Assembly: GCA_964521295.1 (NCBI GenBank) | Contig: CAZFRF010000001.1 | Location: 270,146 to 334,145, forward strand | Reading direction: 5' to 3' | DNA from: an uncultured Gammaproteobacteria bacterium | GTDB taxonomy: Bacteria > Patescibacteriota > Microgenomatia > Levybacterales > UBA12049 | DNA length: 64,000 nucleotides | Part shown: positions 42,440 through 52,308 of the stretch, piece by piece | Layout: each line of letters starts with the position of its first letter | Position numbering within the stretch: the stretch's first letter is position 1 | The notes under the pieces: generated by a model | Database searches by the model: none | Told to the model about the DNA's origin: nothing | Seen by the model: the letters and a program-made list of their open reading frames with translations, nothing else | Made by a program: the position numbers and the translations under genes

Positions 42440-42826
42440 CTAATTGGAGAGCTCACCGATATAGAAGGATTGAAGAAGAGTTTCTGGTTTTTCTTGACCC
42501 ATATGTTGCCCCTCGAACTGAGGAGTACCATCAGTGCCACAAATACCTAAAATCTTATCTGGTCCACCAGGGTGCTTACTAATCCACATAGTTAAATCAT
42601 AAACTTTATTATTTACCACTGCCCAACAACTTGATTCATCCTTATGAGACTCTACATCAGACATTGAAAATCCTTTTTTCTTTTCAGATGGAGTAGTTGT
42701 GGTTTCCATATTTGCTGGGACTGAATTAGTTTCTGGTTGACTATTTTTAGGCAAAAGCATAAAGGCTCCTACTCCTAAAACAACAATTACAGTTACTATT
42801 CCAACTAAGATAAAGTTTTTATTCAC
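42440..42826 (-). CDS. Cytochrome b5-like heme-binding domain protein with N-terminal TM helix
   Basis: SCWAVVNNKVYDLT.W...HPGG, GTDGT..F..QH, YIGEL. Confidence 0.92.
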   Translation of the reverse strand: MNKNFILVGIVTVIVVLGVGAFMLLPKNSQPETNSVPANMETTTTPSEKKKGFSMSDVESHKDESSCWAVVNNKVYDLTMWISKHPGGPDKILGICGTDGTPQFEGQHMGQEKPETLLQSFYIGELSN

Positions 42827-42871
42827 GTCAAAAGTATATAAAAAAATACAACATAAAACAATACCTAAAGA

Positions 42872-44260
42872 TCAACTTTTTAAGATTTTAATATATCTTT
42901 GATTATTTGGGTTTGTTATGTATTTATACAAAATCTTATAGGTATCATAATCAAAGATATATTCTTTATTTAAATCCTCTAAAGTTTCGAATTCATTTTT
43001 TAAACTTCCTAAATAACACCATTTATCGATAATATGGGTTTCGTTTTTATCGCCTTTTTCTAAAATAGCAATTGGATAATCATACAACCAAGATTTTACT
43101 TTATATTTAAAAAAAGCTTCTTCAAATCTTAAGTTATATTTTAAGGACTGCTCTTTTTCAACACATGCCCCTTTACAAATTCCTAGATGAGAATAAAAGC
43201 ATTCATCTTTTCCTTTCTCTAATCCTAAAAGCTTAGGGCACAAATTATTTTCTTTAGCCAGTACAAATAAAGTATCTTTAAATTGTTTTTGGGATTTAAA
43301 AACAGCTAGGATATTTTCATAATCATTAATATCTAGAGAATCTAAAACTCTTGGTTCCAGACTTAAATATCCATTACCTATTTTTTTCCTCAGTACAACT
43401 ATCATCTTACGAGAATCTCTTAACATTCTATTGTAAATGGGTTTATGTTTTTTAATTAATGATGACTCTAAGAGTAAAGCGCCTAATTCACCAGCAGTTG
43501 TAATCGCCTCGATTGATCTAATATTTTGTGAGATCTTCATTTCTTTTGCTGAAGAATGGTCGCTTGCAAAATGCGATAATACACGCTCTTTAATATTAAT
43601 GCTTTTACCAATATATATTGGGGTTCCTTCGTCTGAGTAAAAAATATACACACCTGAACTTTCAGGCAACTTTTCAACTAAACTCAAGGATAAATATGCT
43701 GGAACTGAAACCCTACTTAAGAGTTTATCTACAGTTTTCTCAAACACTTCTGGATTAATATGTTTTTGAGATTTTTTGTAAAATTCGTAAATAACCTTTG
43801 CATCATCAAACGCTCTGTGTCTCTTTTCACATTTAATATTGAAATTGGCGATTATACTATCTAAATTATATTTTTTAAGCCCAGGGTACAAAGCACGAGC
43901 AAGTTTTACAGTGCATAGCTGTTTAGCGGTAAAATTTATTCCCATTCTTCTTAATTCATTTTTAATAAATGCGTAGTCAAATCTTACGCTATGCGCAATA
44001 AATACAGAATCTTTCAAAATCTCTATAACCTCTTCTTTTATTTCAAAAAAAGTTGGTGCGTCTTCTAAATCTGAATACTTAATTCCAGTAAGCATTTCTA
44101 TATATGGATCCATGCGCATTTGTGGATTAACTAAGGTTTTGTACTTTTTGGTTATCTTTCCATTCTCAACTTTAATTATCCCGATTTCAATTATCCTGGA
44201 ATAAGTAGGACTCATTCCTGAAGTTTCCACATCAATAAAGCATAGGGATTTAGGTAACAT
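42872..44260 (-). CDS. DEDDh exonuclease (DnaQ-like) fused to GIY-YIG endonuclease (Cho/UvrC-like)
   Basis: DVETSG, AHSVRFD, HRAFDDA; then GVYIFY...IYIGKS..IKERVLSHF and a four-Cys cluster. Confidence 0.92.
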   Translation of the reverse strand: MLPKSLCFIDVETSGMSPTYSRIIEIGIIKVENGKITKKYKTLVNPQMRMDPYIEMLTGIKYSDLEDAPTFFEIKEEVIEILKDSVFIAHSVRFDYAFIKNELRRMGINFTAKQLCTVKLARALYPGLKKYNLDSIIANFNIKCEKRHRAFDDAKVIYEFYKKSQKHINPEVFEKTVDKLLSRVSVPAYLSLSLVEKLPESSGVYIFYSDEGTPIYIGKSINIKERVLSHFASDHSSAKEMKISQNIRSIEAITTAGELGALLLESSLIKKHKPIYNRMLRDSRKMIVVLRKKIGNGYLSLEPRVLDSLDINDYENILAVFKSQKQFKDTLFVLAKENNLCPKLLGLEKGKDECFYSHLGICKGACVEKEQSLKYNLRFEEAFFKYKVKSWLYDYPIAILEKGDKNETHIIDKWCYLGSLKNEFETLEDLNKEYIFDYDTYKILYKYITNPNNQRYIKILKS

Positions 44261-44347
44261 TGCATATATAACTTAGCAAAGAGTCAAATTAAATTCAACC
44301 AAGCTACAAAAATGGAAATTATAATCAGATTTCTGTACAATAAATAT

Positions 44348-46714
44348 ATGGTTCAAGGACTCTCATCGCAAGAAGCCTCTTTACGACTAAAGCAATACGG
44401 TAAAAACGAAATTAATATTAAATCTCAATTTAATGCTTTATCTATTTTTATCTCTCAATTCCCAACTTTTATCAACGGGATCCTTTTAACTGGAGCTATT
44501 TTCTCTTTAATTATCAGAAACTATATTGATTCATTTTTAGTTTTTTCAATTATGGTACTTAGTTCTGTGTTTGGTTTTGTTCAAGAATATAACGCAGAAA
44601 AATCTCTAGAAAAACTTAAAAGCTACATTAAACCACGGTCAAGAGTACTTAGAGATGGTAAGGAGATTGAAATATCTAGCCTTGAGATCGTGCCCGGAGA
44701 TATTGTAGTACTAAACGAAGGAGATCAGGTCCCTGCAGATGGAAAAATTTTATCCGCAAATCACCTAGAAATTGATGAATCTGTTCTTACCGGCGAATCG
44801 CTACCAGTAAATAAAAATGATGAAGACCAAGCTTTTTCCGGAACCACAATCTCAAAAGGAAAATCTCATCTTTTAGTAGAGAAAACTGGAATGGAAACTC
44901 GTTTTGGACAGGTAGCAAAAACACTCTCTACAATAGAAACAGATAAGACCCCTTTACAGAAAAATTTATCACAGTTAGGGAAAATAATTTCTGTTTTTGC
45001 AATCATTTTTTCTTTTTCACTCATTCCAATTGGACTAAGTCAAAATAGAGATTTAATTCACCTCATACTTCTTTCAATAAGCGCTGCTGTTTCTGCAATT
45101 CCAGAAGGACTACCAGCAGTTATTACTATTGCCCTGGCAATAGGAACCAGTAGAATGGCCAAGAAAAACGCTATTGTCAGAAAAATGTCATCAGTCGAAA
45201 CATTAGGAGCTGTCCAAGTCATTTTATCTGACAAAACTGGAACTATTACCCAAAACAAAATGAGCGTTAAAGAGTTTTGGATAAGAAAAAAAGATCAACT
45301 CAAATATCTCTACATGGCAGGTGTAATTGGCAATACCGCTTCGCTTGTTCAAAAAAATGAAATTGATAAATTTGAGGTTATTGGAGACAAAACAGATGGA
45401 TCAATACTCTACTGGATTAAAAAACAAGTTGGAGACTTAAAAACTTTAACCGATGATGGCGTTGTGACAGATGAATTTTTATTTGATCCTGAAACGAAAT
45501 TAATAACCAGTGTTTTTGAAGAAAACGGCAAAAGATATATTTTTGTAAGAGGTGCTCCAGAAAAAGTTTTGCAAATAAGTAATCTTTCAGAAACAGAAAA
45601 ACTAGAGATAGAAAATAAATTTAACGAAAACGCTAAAAACGGCTTAAGAGTTATTGGTTTCGGCTATAAAGAGTTAAAAGACAGCACTATAAAAGAGAGA
45701 AAACATTTAGAAAAAGAGATTGAATTTTTGGGCTTTGTTGGAATCTATGATCCTCCCAGAGAAGAAGCTCGCCAAGCCATCTTAGACGCAAAGGCTGCGG
45801 GAATTAAGACTGTTATGGTAACTGGAGATAATGAATTAACCGCCTTAACCATAGCCAAAGAAGTTGGGCTGATTGAAGAAAATGAAAATGTCATAACTGG
45901 AGCTGAACTTGATAAAATGTCAGACGAAGAATTAAAAAAAATAATACTAAACACCACAATCTTTGCAAGAACCAAGCCTGAAGACAAATTAAGATTAGTA
46001 ACTGCATTTAAAAATTTAGGATTTGTAGTAGGCGTTACTGGTGATGGCGTTAATGACACCCTTGCTCTAAAAAAAGCAGACGTTGGTATTGCCATGGGAG
46101 AATCAGGTACCGATGTTGCTAAAGAAGCTTCAGACATCGTTCTATTTGATGATAACTTTTCAACTTTAGTTAAAGCTATTGTCGAAGGTAGGACAATTTA
46201 TAATAATATCCTCAAAGCAATTACTTACCTTTTATCAACCAATCTCTCAGAGATCTGTTTAATCTTTTTTGCTGCTATTCTTAAAATGCCTGACCCCTTA
46301 CTTCCAACTCAAATTTTGTGGATTAATTTGGTTACTGATGGGCTCCCAGCCCTAGCGCTTGCCAGTGACAATAGGAATGCTAGCGTTTTAAAAGAAAAAC
46401 CACGCGATCCCAAACAGGGTATATTAACACTCCCTAGAATATCATTAATTACTTCAATTGGACTTTTTCTTTCAATTGTTTTAATTATTATTTTTGCATT
46501 TCTACTAAATACACAAAATCAACAAACAGCCAAGACTATCATTTTTAATCTTTTAATCTTCTCTCATCTTATACTTGCGTTTTTAGTCAGAGGTAAAGCA
46601 ATTTTCAAGCTTAATAAATTACTAATCGTCAGCTTAATTTTAACAATTGTTTTGCAATTTTTAATTACGACTACTTCACCATTAAAAGAAATATTTAAAT
46701 TGGGACTCAGCTAA
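44348..46714 (+). CDS. Cation-transporting P-type ATPase (P2A/Ca2+-like)
   Basis: LTGES, IPEGLP, DKTGT, TGDN, GDGVND, QILWINLVTD. Start set at MVQGLS. Confidence 0.95.
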   Translation: MVQGLSSQEASLRLKQYGKNEINIKSQFNALSIFISQFPTFINGILLTGAIFSLIIRNYIDSFLVFSIMVLSSVFGFVQEYNAEKSLEKLKSYIKPRSRVLRDGKEIEISSLEIVPGDIVVLNEGDQVPADGKILSANHLEIDESVLTGESLPVNKNDEDQAFSGTTISKGKSHLLVEKTGMETRFGQVAKTLSTIETDKTPLQKNLSQLGKIISVFAIIFSFSLIPIGLSQNRDLIHLILLSISAAVSAIPEGLPAVITIALAIGTSRMAKKNAIVRKMSSVETLGAVQVILSDKTGTITQNKMSVKEFWIRKKDQLKYLYMAGVIGNTASLVQKNEIDKFEVIGDKTDGSILYWIKKQVGDLKTLTDDGVVTDEFLFDPETKLITSVFEENGKRYIFVRGAPEKVLQISNLSETEKLEIENKFNENAKNGLRVIGFGYKELKDSTIKERKHLEKEIEFLGFVGIYDPPREEARQAILDAKAAGIKTVMVTGDNELTALTIAKEVGLIEENENVITGAELDKMSDEELKKIILNTTIFARTKPEDKLRLVTAFKNLGFVVGVTGDGVNDTLALKKADVGIAMGESGTDVAKEASDIVLFDDNFSTLVKAIVEGRTIYNNILKAITYLLSTNLSEICLIFFAAILKMPDPLLPTQILWINLVTDGLPALALASDNRNASVLKEKPRDPKQGILTLPRISLITSIGLFLSIVLIIIFAFLLNTQNQQTAKTIIFNLLIFSHLILAFLVRGKAIFKLNKLLIVSLILTIVLQFLITTTSPLKEIFKLGLS

Positions 46715-46730
46715 TAAACAAACTTTAAAT

Positions 46731-47837
46731 CTAGACAAATATTCTACTAATTTCATTAATTTTATCTATACGTAGATGTTGCTCATCATTACTAAGTACT
46801 GCGCTTTGCTCTAATAATATTCGTCTATAAAGGTCTTCATATCGTCTACCCATAACTTTTTCATTAAAATTTTTCAAGGCATATTCTCTGCAATATTTCC
46901 TATCAATTTTATCTAAATTTAAAATTGCCTCCATCATTTCCTGATCATCTTTTACAACATATCCTGTTTTTCCATTTTCCATAACTTCTGATATGGAACC
47001 ATTATCAAAAGCCACTACTGGACACCCACAAGCCATTGCCTCAATCATTGTTAAGCCAAATGGCTCTCTCCAAGTTATTGGATTAATAAGACAGAGAGCC
47101 TCACTCATTAGCTTATTTCTCTCCTTTGTATCTACTTCCCCTATCCATTTAACCTGACCGTTATAAAGTCGAGGTTCAATATATTCTTTAAAATATTGCT
47201 CGTCTACTTTATCTACCTTGGCGGCAATTATTAAGGGAATATTTAGTGCTTGTGCAACATCAATTGCAATATGTGTTCCTTTAATTAAAGATATTCTTCC
47301 AACATATAAAATATATCCCTTTGAAATTGCACCAAATGGATACTTTTTAAGTTCTAAACCATTAGGAATCGTCTCAACGTGCTCAATATTTTTAGCATAT
47401 TTTATTTGATCTTTTGAAATAGAAACGTAATAGGGGTTTTTAAATGTTTCAATCAGTTTTTGCGTACTCGGCTTTAATAAACCATGTAAAGTAATTACAG
47501 TCGGCGTCTTGGATAAATTACCAAGTGGAGCACCATACGTTAGGTTATGATCATGAATTATGTCAAATTTATCTTGCATATCATAAACTTTCCCACTATG
47601 AATAGCGCTTAATTCATAACCCATGCTAGTATCTACTCTGGCTTCTCTTAAAGCTCTGGGATAAAAACCTTCCAGTTTTGCTTGGGTGATTGAATCTTTT
47701 GTCGCAAAAAGAGTGACATCATGCCCTCTTCTTACTAGCTCCTCAGTAAGAGTACTGACCACTCTTTCCGTTCCACCATATTTTTTGGGGGGAACTCTTT
47801 CAACTATTGGGGCGATCTGAGCAATTCTTAATTTCAT
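46731..47837 (-). CDS. GT4 glycosyltransferase
   Basis: VPPKKYGGTERV, EPFGLTMIEAMACGCPV. Confidence 0.93.
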   Translation of the reverse strand: MKLRIAQIAPIVERVPPKKYGGTERVVSTLTEELVRRGHDVTLFATKDSITQAKLEGFYPRALREARVDTSMGYELSAIHSGKVYDMQDKFDIIHDHNLTYGAPLGNLSKTPTVITLHGLLKPSTQKLIETFKNPYYVSISKDQIKYAKNIEHVETIPNGLELKKYPFGAISKGYILYVGRISLIKGTHIAIDVAQALNIPLIIAAKVDKVDEQYFKEYIEPRLYNGQVKWIGEVDTKERNKLMSEALCLINPITWREPFGLTMIEAMACGCPVVAFDNGSISEVMENGKTGYVVKDDQEMMEAILNLDKIDRKYCREYALKNFNEKVMGRRYEDLYRRILLEQSAVLSNDEQHLRIDKINEISRIFV

Positions 47838-47906
47838 TTTTACTACTCTACTGTTTATAAATAAGAACGAAATTAAGCAACTGTAAAAATAACGTAAGAA
47901 GATAAA

Positions 47907-49217
47907 TTAATCGTATTTAAGTAAATCTAAAAGCGCTGCTGCGGACCAAGCCTGAATTCTGCAACTTTCTTGACCATAATCTGAACGATATGGCAAATAT
48001 TCACCACTAACACTTTTAATATATAGCTCAATAGGTGTACCAAAATATTGCATGGGCTTTAAAGATGCATCTTTTAAAATTAATGCCTCTTTGGCAAATC
48101 CCCACTTCTCTAATCCTTCATGAATCATTCCGTTTAATTTTGGCCAAAAACTTCCATTGTGATATGAATTAAAACTAGGATTGAATGTGGGTGAAGTAGA
48201 GCTCATGGTTCTAATTCCCGCATCTTTGTCAAACAAATCAGACATAAAAGATCTAGAAACAAGATACGAAACGTATCTTTTGTCTAAAATAGATTCAACT
48301 TCTTCTCCATTAATATAACTTGCCCATAATAAGAGTAATGGGTTACCTGTTATTGTTTTTATTTGATTTTTTTTACCATCTAAAGCTTGAGAAGGAAAAA
48401 GCTTGCCATTGTCATTAAACAGAAAAGCTTGGTTAAAAACTTTTTTCATATTCTTTGCTTTTTCCGAAAGCTCCAAATGAAACCTAGATGAAGGACTTTG
48501 TAATGGGTTATTTTTATAAAAATCTGCCCATAATTTAAGCGATAACCAAGCATAGCCCTGCACTTCAACTGGAGCAATAGGATAATCAGGAAAATGTCCT
48601 TCGCTATTTTGCAAGGACATTACTGAGTCTGTCCATGACTGAACTCTTAAACCACCGTGCTGTCTTAGACTTGGTAGTTCATATTCCAAAAGCTGATCAT
48701 TATCCATGTCACCAAAATTCTTAATCCAAACCAAGCCTTTTTCTACAGCTGGTAAAACTGTTAATAAGAATTCATTATCATTAAAAATTTGATAATACTT
48801 ATACAAAGCAATTAAAGCTAAGGGAGTTGAGTCTATTGAATCATAATTTCTTAAAATTCCATCATTGTATACGTACCATGGCTTTGGTCTATTAATAAGT
48901 CTTTCATACTTATCCTTTCTAAATTCATGAATAAATTTTCCAGGTTCTTCTCCGCTTTCCCTATTGATTTGCTTTCCTTGCAAAGCAATTAATTTAATTA
49001 ACGAATTTCTAACAATAGCTTGTAGTCTTTTGGTATCAACGCCATTAATATTGGGATGAGTTTCCAAGAGCCTTAATATCTTAAGACATGTTACAGCAGA
49101 ATCTCTACCAAAAATGCACCCGTAAACTTCTCCTTTGGAGGAAGCGTAGATACCTTCTTCTGTGGAGAGCTCTAGGAGAGAATTATATGCAATATTTCTT
49201 AAATCAATAAATCCCAT
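47907..49217 (-). CDS. Amylo-alpha-1,6-glucosidase-like (alpha/alpha)6 glycoside hydrolase
   Basis: FGRDS, EEPGKFIHE, DSTPL, WTDS, EVQGY, SYHNGSFWP, QAWSA. Confidence 0.9.
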   Translation of the reverse strand: MGFIDLRNIAYNSLLELSTEEGIYASSKGEVYGCIFGRDSAVTCLKILRLLETHPNINGVDTKRLQAIVRNSLIKLIALQGKQINRESGEEPGKFIHEFRKDKYERLINRPKPWYVYNDGILRNYDSIDSTPLALIALYKYYQIFNDNEFLLTVLPAVEKGLVWIKNFGDMDNDQLLEYELPSLRQHGGLRVQSWTDSVMSLQNSEGHFPDYPIAPVEVQGYAWLSLKLWADFYKNNPLQSPSSRFHLELSEKAKNMKKVFNQAFLFNDNGKLFPSQALDGKKNQIKTITGNPLLLLWASYINGEEVESILDKRYVSYLVSRSFMSDLFDKDAGIRTMSSTSPTFNPSFNSYHNGSFWPKLNGMIHEGLEKWGFAKEALILKDASLKPMQYFGTPIELYIKSVSGEYLPYRSDYGQESCRIQAWSAAALLDLLKYD

Positions 49218-49384
49218 TAGAAATCTTATTCCAATCTATCAATCTAAGAAATGTGTGTCAACTAAATTAATGGCCTATATAAATTTTCTTACTGAAGTTT
49301 TACTTTTCTTTATTATTATTTACAATGAGAACATAAGATTTAAGTTCTCTGTCTTAAAACTCGGAATGTCCCAATTCACTTTTA

Positions 49385-50191
49385 TCAAGATGCAGCCCTA
49401 CTTCCAAGTACGGACTTAGATAATGCTTGATATTGCTCCTCTGTTAAAGGATCAGGAAGGACATCAACCTCCCGCGCTATTCTTCCATTCCTAATTGTTC
49501 CGCCCCGCTTAGCATCAAAGCGAAAAATTCCATGCTCTAGCTGAAACCGTCTTATATATTCCTCATACAATCTATACAATGTAGGGGCTTTGGTCTCTTC
49601 ACCTTCTTCTCTTTTACAAGCAATTAATTCTGCTGTAAGCCCATTAACTGCATGTCTAGCTTGATCGGGGGTTAATTTTTCTCTTGAAAAAGATAAATAA
49701 AATTCCCAACTTCTTGGATTTATTACCCCCACTATTTTTGTTTCACCTGTTAAAAGATCCTGCATGTCGCCAGCCCTTAAAGGCTCTGCTAGTGGATGCA
49801 CGCTGCCAAACCACTTATTAATCGTGGATCCATAACCTCTTTCTCTATATGCATGTAATACCACCAATCGACCCTTTGCCCCTTCCGCCAACTCCTTATT
49901 CACTGGATTAGTAGTTATTGGACCGGGAATAATTTCACCAGCTTCTGAAACATCAATTGCCTGTTCCATATCTCGACTATTTCTACCCTGATTATCATGC
50001 CAAAGTTCAGATGCCAGATTGCGACAAATTCCCCTTAAAGGTCCTAATCTTATTTCTGTAAATCTAGCAAGAGCCCCTGGGCTAGATTCGCCAAAAAAAA
50101 TACCAGCTAATGCTGGTATTGAAATAGCGCTGCCGGCTTTTTGCCGTTCTAAAGGCGGAATAAATATTTCTCTTTCTCGTAAAATTGCCAC
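49385..50191 (-). CDS. Hypothetical protein (possible degenerate JAB/MPN-like fold)
   Basis: 268-aa ORF; TTGACA-18 nt-TACTAT promoter at 50199-50228, 7 nt before GTG. Confidence 0.7.
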   Translation of the reverse strand: MAILREREIFIPPLERQKAGSAISIPALAGIFFGESSPGALARFTEIRLGPLRGICRNLASELWHDNQGRNSRDMEQAIDVSEAGEIIPGPITTNPVNKELAEGAKGRLVVLHAYRERGYGSTINKWFGSVHPLAEPLRAGDMQDLLTGETKIVGVINPRSWEFYLSFSREKLTPDQARHAVNGLTAELIACKREEGEETKAPTLYRLYEEYIRRFQLEHGIFRFDAKRGGTIRNGRIAREVDVLPDPLTEEQYQALSKSVLGSRAAS

Positions 50192-50298
50192 TTTATGGAT
50201 AGTAACAAAACAAAAAATATGTTGTCAAGAGATAAGTTTTAATCTAATTCATAGATCTTAAAAATGCGGTAATTTATAAAACAAAATCCTTTAGAAGA

Positions 50299-50700
50299 TT
50301 ATTTTCCTGCTTTGGGCCTATCTTTCATAGCTTGGAAACTTTCTTTGACAAGTTTTTTTACTAAGCTTTCTGGAATTTGCTTATCTTCTAAGCAACTAAT
50401 ATCTCCTGCCCCAAGCTTATATTCACTAAGCTTGTTTTTGTTATTTACAATAACTTCAGGATATATATGTAGGCGAATATATGGTTTTTTATAACTAAAC
50501 CAGGCAAACATTCCGTTATAGTAATAATCACCGTCATAGTGGTAGCCAGGAAACTGAAAATAACTTAATGTTTCTGTGGCATCGGGAACAACTTGCCTAA
50601 TCGCAGCCCTTATATGCTTGAGTTTATCTTGAACTTCAACAGGTTGATTTTTAATATATTCGTCTACTCCGCCTGGAACTATTTTTCGTTTCGTCGCCAT
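50299..50700 (-). CDS. DUF1801 (YdhG-like) protein
   Basis: VDEYI...P, L..IR..I....P.A.E..SY..P.Y; TTGTAA-17 nt-TATAAT promoter 6 nt before ATG. Confidence 0.88.
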   Translation of the reverse strand: MATKRKIVPGGVDEYIKNQPVEVQDKLKHIRAAIRQVVPDATETLSYFQFPGYHYDGDYYYNGMFAWFSYKKPYIRLHIYPEVIVNNKNKLSEYKLGAGDISCLEDKQIPESLVKKLVKESFQAMKDRPKAGK

Positions 50701-50750
50701 GATTAAATTATACTAAGGAATAGTTAAGGTTACAAATCACAGATTTACAA

Positions 50751-50861
50751 TCATATACAGGATTGTATCCATGGAGAGAATGTAATCATTTCTTTTGTCT
50801 GAGGAATGCTGGTATGTCCTAGGTATCCCTTGTTTCTAGCTTCAATAATTACCAAAAACAC
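50751..50861 (-). CDS. Putative 36-aa small protein (or small RNA)
   Basis: GTG..TGA ORF (MFLVIIEARNKGYLGHTSIPQTKEMITFSPWIQSCI) 8 nt after a near-consensus promoter. Confidence 0.35.
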   Translation of the reverse strand: MFLVIIEARNKGYLGHTSIPQTKEMITFSPWIQSCI

Positions 50862-50869
50862 CTAATTGA

Positions 50870-50898
50870 AATATAACCTTTTTATTATTAGTTGTCAA
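50870..50898 (-). promoter_or_regulatory. Near-consensus sigma70 promoter with no annotated downstream gene
   Basis: TTGACA(50893-50898)-17 nt-TATATT(50870-50875). Confidence 0.65.
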
Positions 50899-51359
50899 TT
50901 ATTATTAACTGAATTTTTCGCATATTGTTTTAACCTAAAGTGTAAAATATCGTCCTCAGACCTAACTTCTCCTAATAAGATTTTATTCATTATCTCATCA
51001 TCACCATCAAGCGATAATCCGGCCCTTTTTTCCGGAGCACTATAAACCTCTATTAAAAAATCAATAAATTCATTTTTAGATAAACTATTAACATATCTTT
51101 CATACTCCACATCATCTGGTTTTACAAACGGAATATGATCTTTTTTAGTCCTATATATCTTGTATGAAATATTCTTTTCTCTATATACTGATCCGTGACC
51201 TTCTATCTCATGTTTTTTTTCATGGCTATTTAATTCTGATTCATCAATTTCATCAAAATCATTTGTAATTAAGCTGGAATACTCTGTCATAAGTTCCTGA
51301 GGAGACATCTGGCTGTTTTTAAATTTTATATATAATCTTGCTACCCTAATATCTACCAT
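50895..51359 (-). CDS. Hypothetical protein with HExxH motif
   Basis: 154-aa ORF containing SHEKKHE. Confidence 0.7.
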   Translation of the reverse strand: MVDIRVARLYIKFKNSQMSPQELMTEYSSLITNDFDEIDESELNSHEKKHEIEGHGSVYREKNISYKIYRTKKDHIPFVKPDDVEYERYVNSLSKNEFIDFLIEVYSAPEKRAGLSLDGDDEIMNKILLGEVRSEDDILHFRLKQYAKNSVNNN

Positions 51360-51401
51360 AATAAAATATCTAAAGTATTAAAATTTAAGTATATTTTAAA
51401 T

Positions 51402-52274
51402 TTAGCTTAATGCGGCTTCAAAATTAAACTTAAGTCCAGCATCCTTTAATTCCTTAGCAATATTCAATTTCCATTCACCGCTTTCATTAAAAGGTATGTA
51501 TAAAATACCCAATAAATCTGTTGGTAGTTCTGTATTTTCTTTGTATAATACACATACATTCTTTCTCTTAAGTTTTCCGACAAAAAATCCAAGTTCCATA
51601 ATTACATTTTGTCTAGCTCTTGGTTTGGCATTATCTGGCTTTTCATTTTTTTCAAATCCTATGTCATCCGGCGTTATCAATACGATTGCAAATCCAACAC
51701 CTTCAGAATAATGCTCTAATTTTTCAATTAGTGTTCGACCTCCATTAGTTTGCTCGTGTAAAATAATTGGGATTAGGCCAATGCTTCTAATATATCCTGC
51801 TACAGCTTCCTTTATTACTTCATCATGCCCATGAACGACAAATACCTCTTTATTTTTACCCTCTCCTGGATTCTCAATCGGTGATTGAGACTTGCTAATA
51901 TTATCTATAGATTCTGGAATCAAATCTAATCGCCTAATAATTGACTGTAAAGCATTTAGCTTAGCTCTCATGTCGTTTTTAAAGTTATAAATTGAATCTG
52001 AAACATCGCTAATCATAACCATAGACCCATATGAATTCCTAAATTCTTTTTTATATGCTTCATTGTCAAAAATCCTAGTTAGGTATTCTGAAATAAACTC
52101 AACCCATTGTTCCTTTTTATCCTCTGCAATTGAAACATCCTCCTCATTATTAAATTGGGAATTTTGAATTGTTTTGCCTTCTTCTAAAAGTTCTTCAAGT
52201 TTTCCTTTTGCATCCAACTTGGGAATAATTAATCTTGGCGGTGGTAATTGTGGAGATATTACTGTTCTTGCCAT
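51402..52274 (-). CDS. TIR-domain protein (Cap12/Pycsar-effector-type 'nucleotide-binding' TIR) with N-terminal helical domain
   Basis: VFVVHGHD, PIILHEQ..GGRTLIEKLE, FAIVLITPDD, ARQNVIMELGFF, LPTDLLG. Start ATG 52274 follows TGGTATAAT by 6 nt. Confidence 0.92.
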   Translation of the reverse strand: MARTVISPQLPPPRLIIPKLDAKGKLEELLEEGKTIQNSQFNNEEDVSIAEDKKEQWVEFISEYLTRIFDNEAYKKEFRNSYGSMVMISDVSDSIYNFKNDMRAKLNALQSIIRRLDLIPESIDNISKSQSPIENPGEGKNKEVFVVHGHDEVIKEAVAGYIRSIGLIPIILHEQTNGGRTLIEKLEHYSEGVGFAIVLITPDDIGFEKNEKPDNAKPRARQNVIMELGFFVGKLKRKNVCVLYKENTELPTDLLGILYIPFNESGEWKLNIAKELKDAGLKFNFEAALS

Positions 52275-52308
52275 ATATTTATTATACCACTTTGTTTTAT
52301 CAAACATC

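Noticed and set aside
49327-49349. GAGAAC/GTTCTC hairpin in the 49218-49384 gap as terminator or ncRNA
   Set aside because: Only 6 bp with an 11-nt loop and no U-tract; compatible with chance.
51402-52274. Complete CBASS, Pycsar or Thoeris system
   Set aside because: No cyclase, ThsA-like or sensor-domain gene nearby; only the TIR domain matches.
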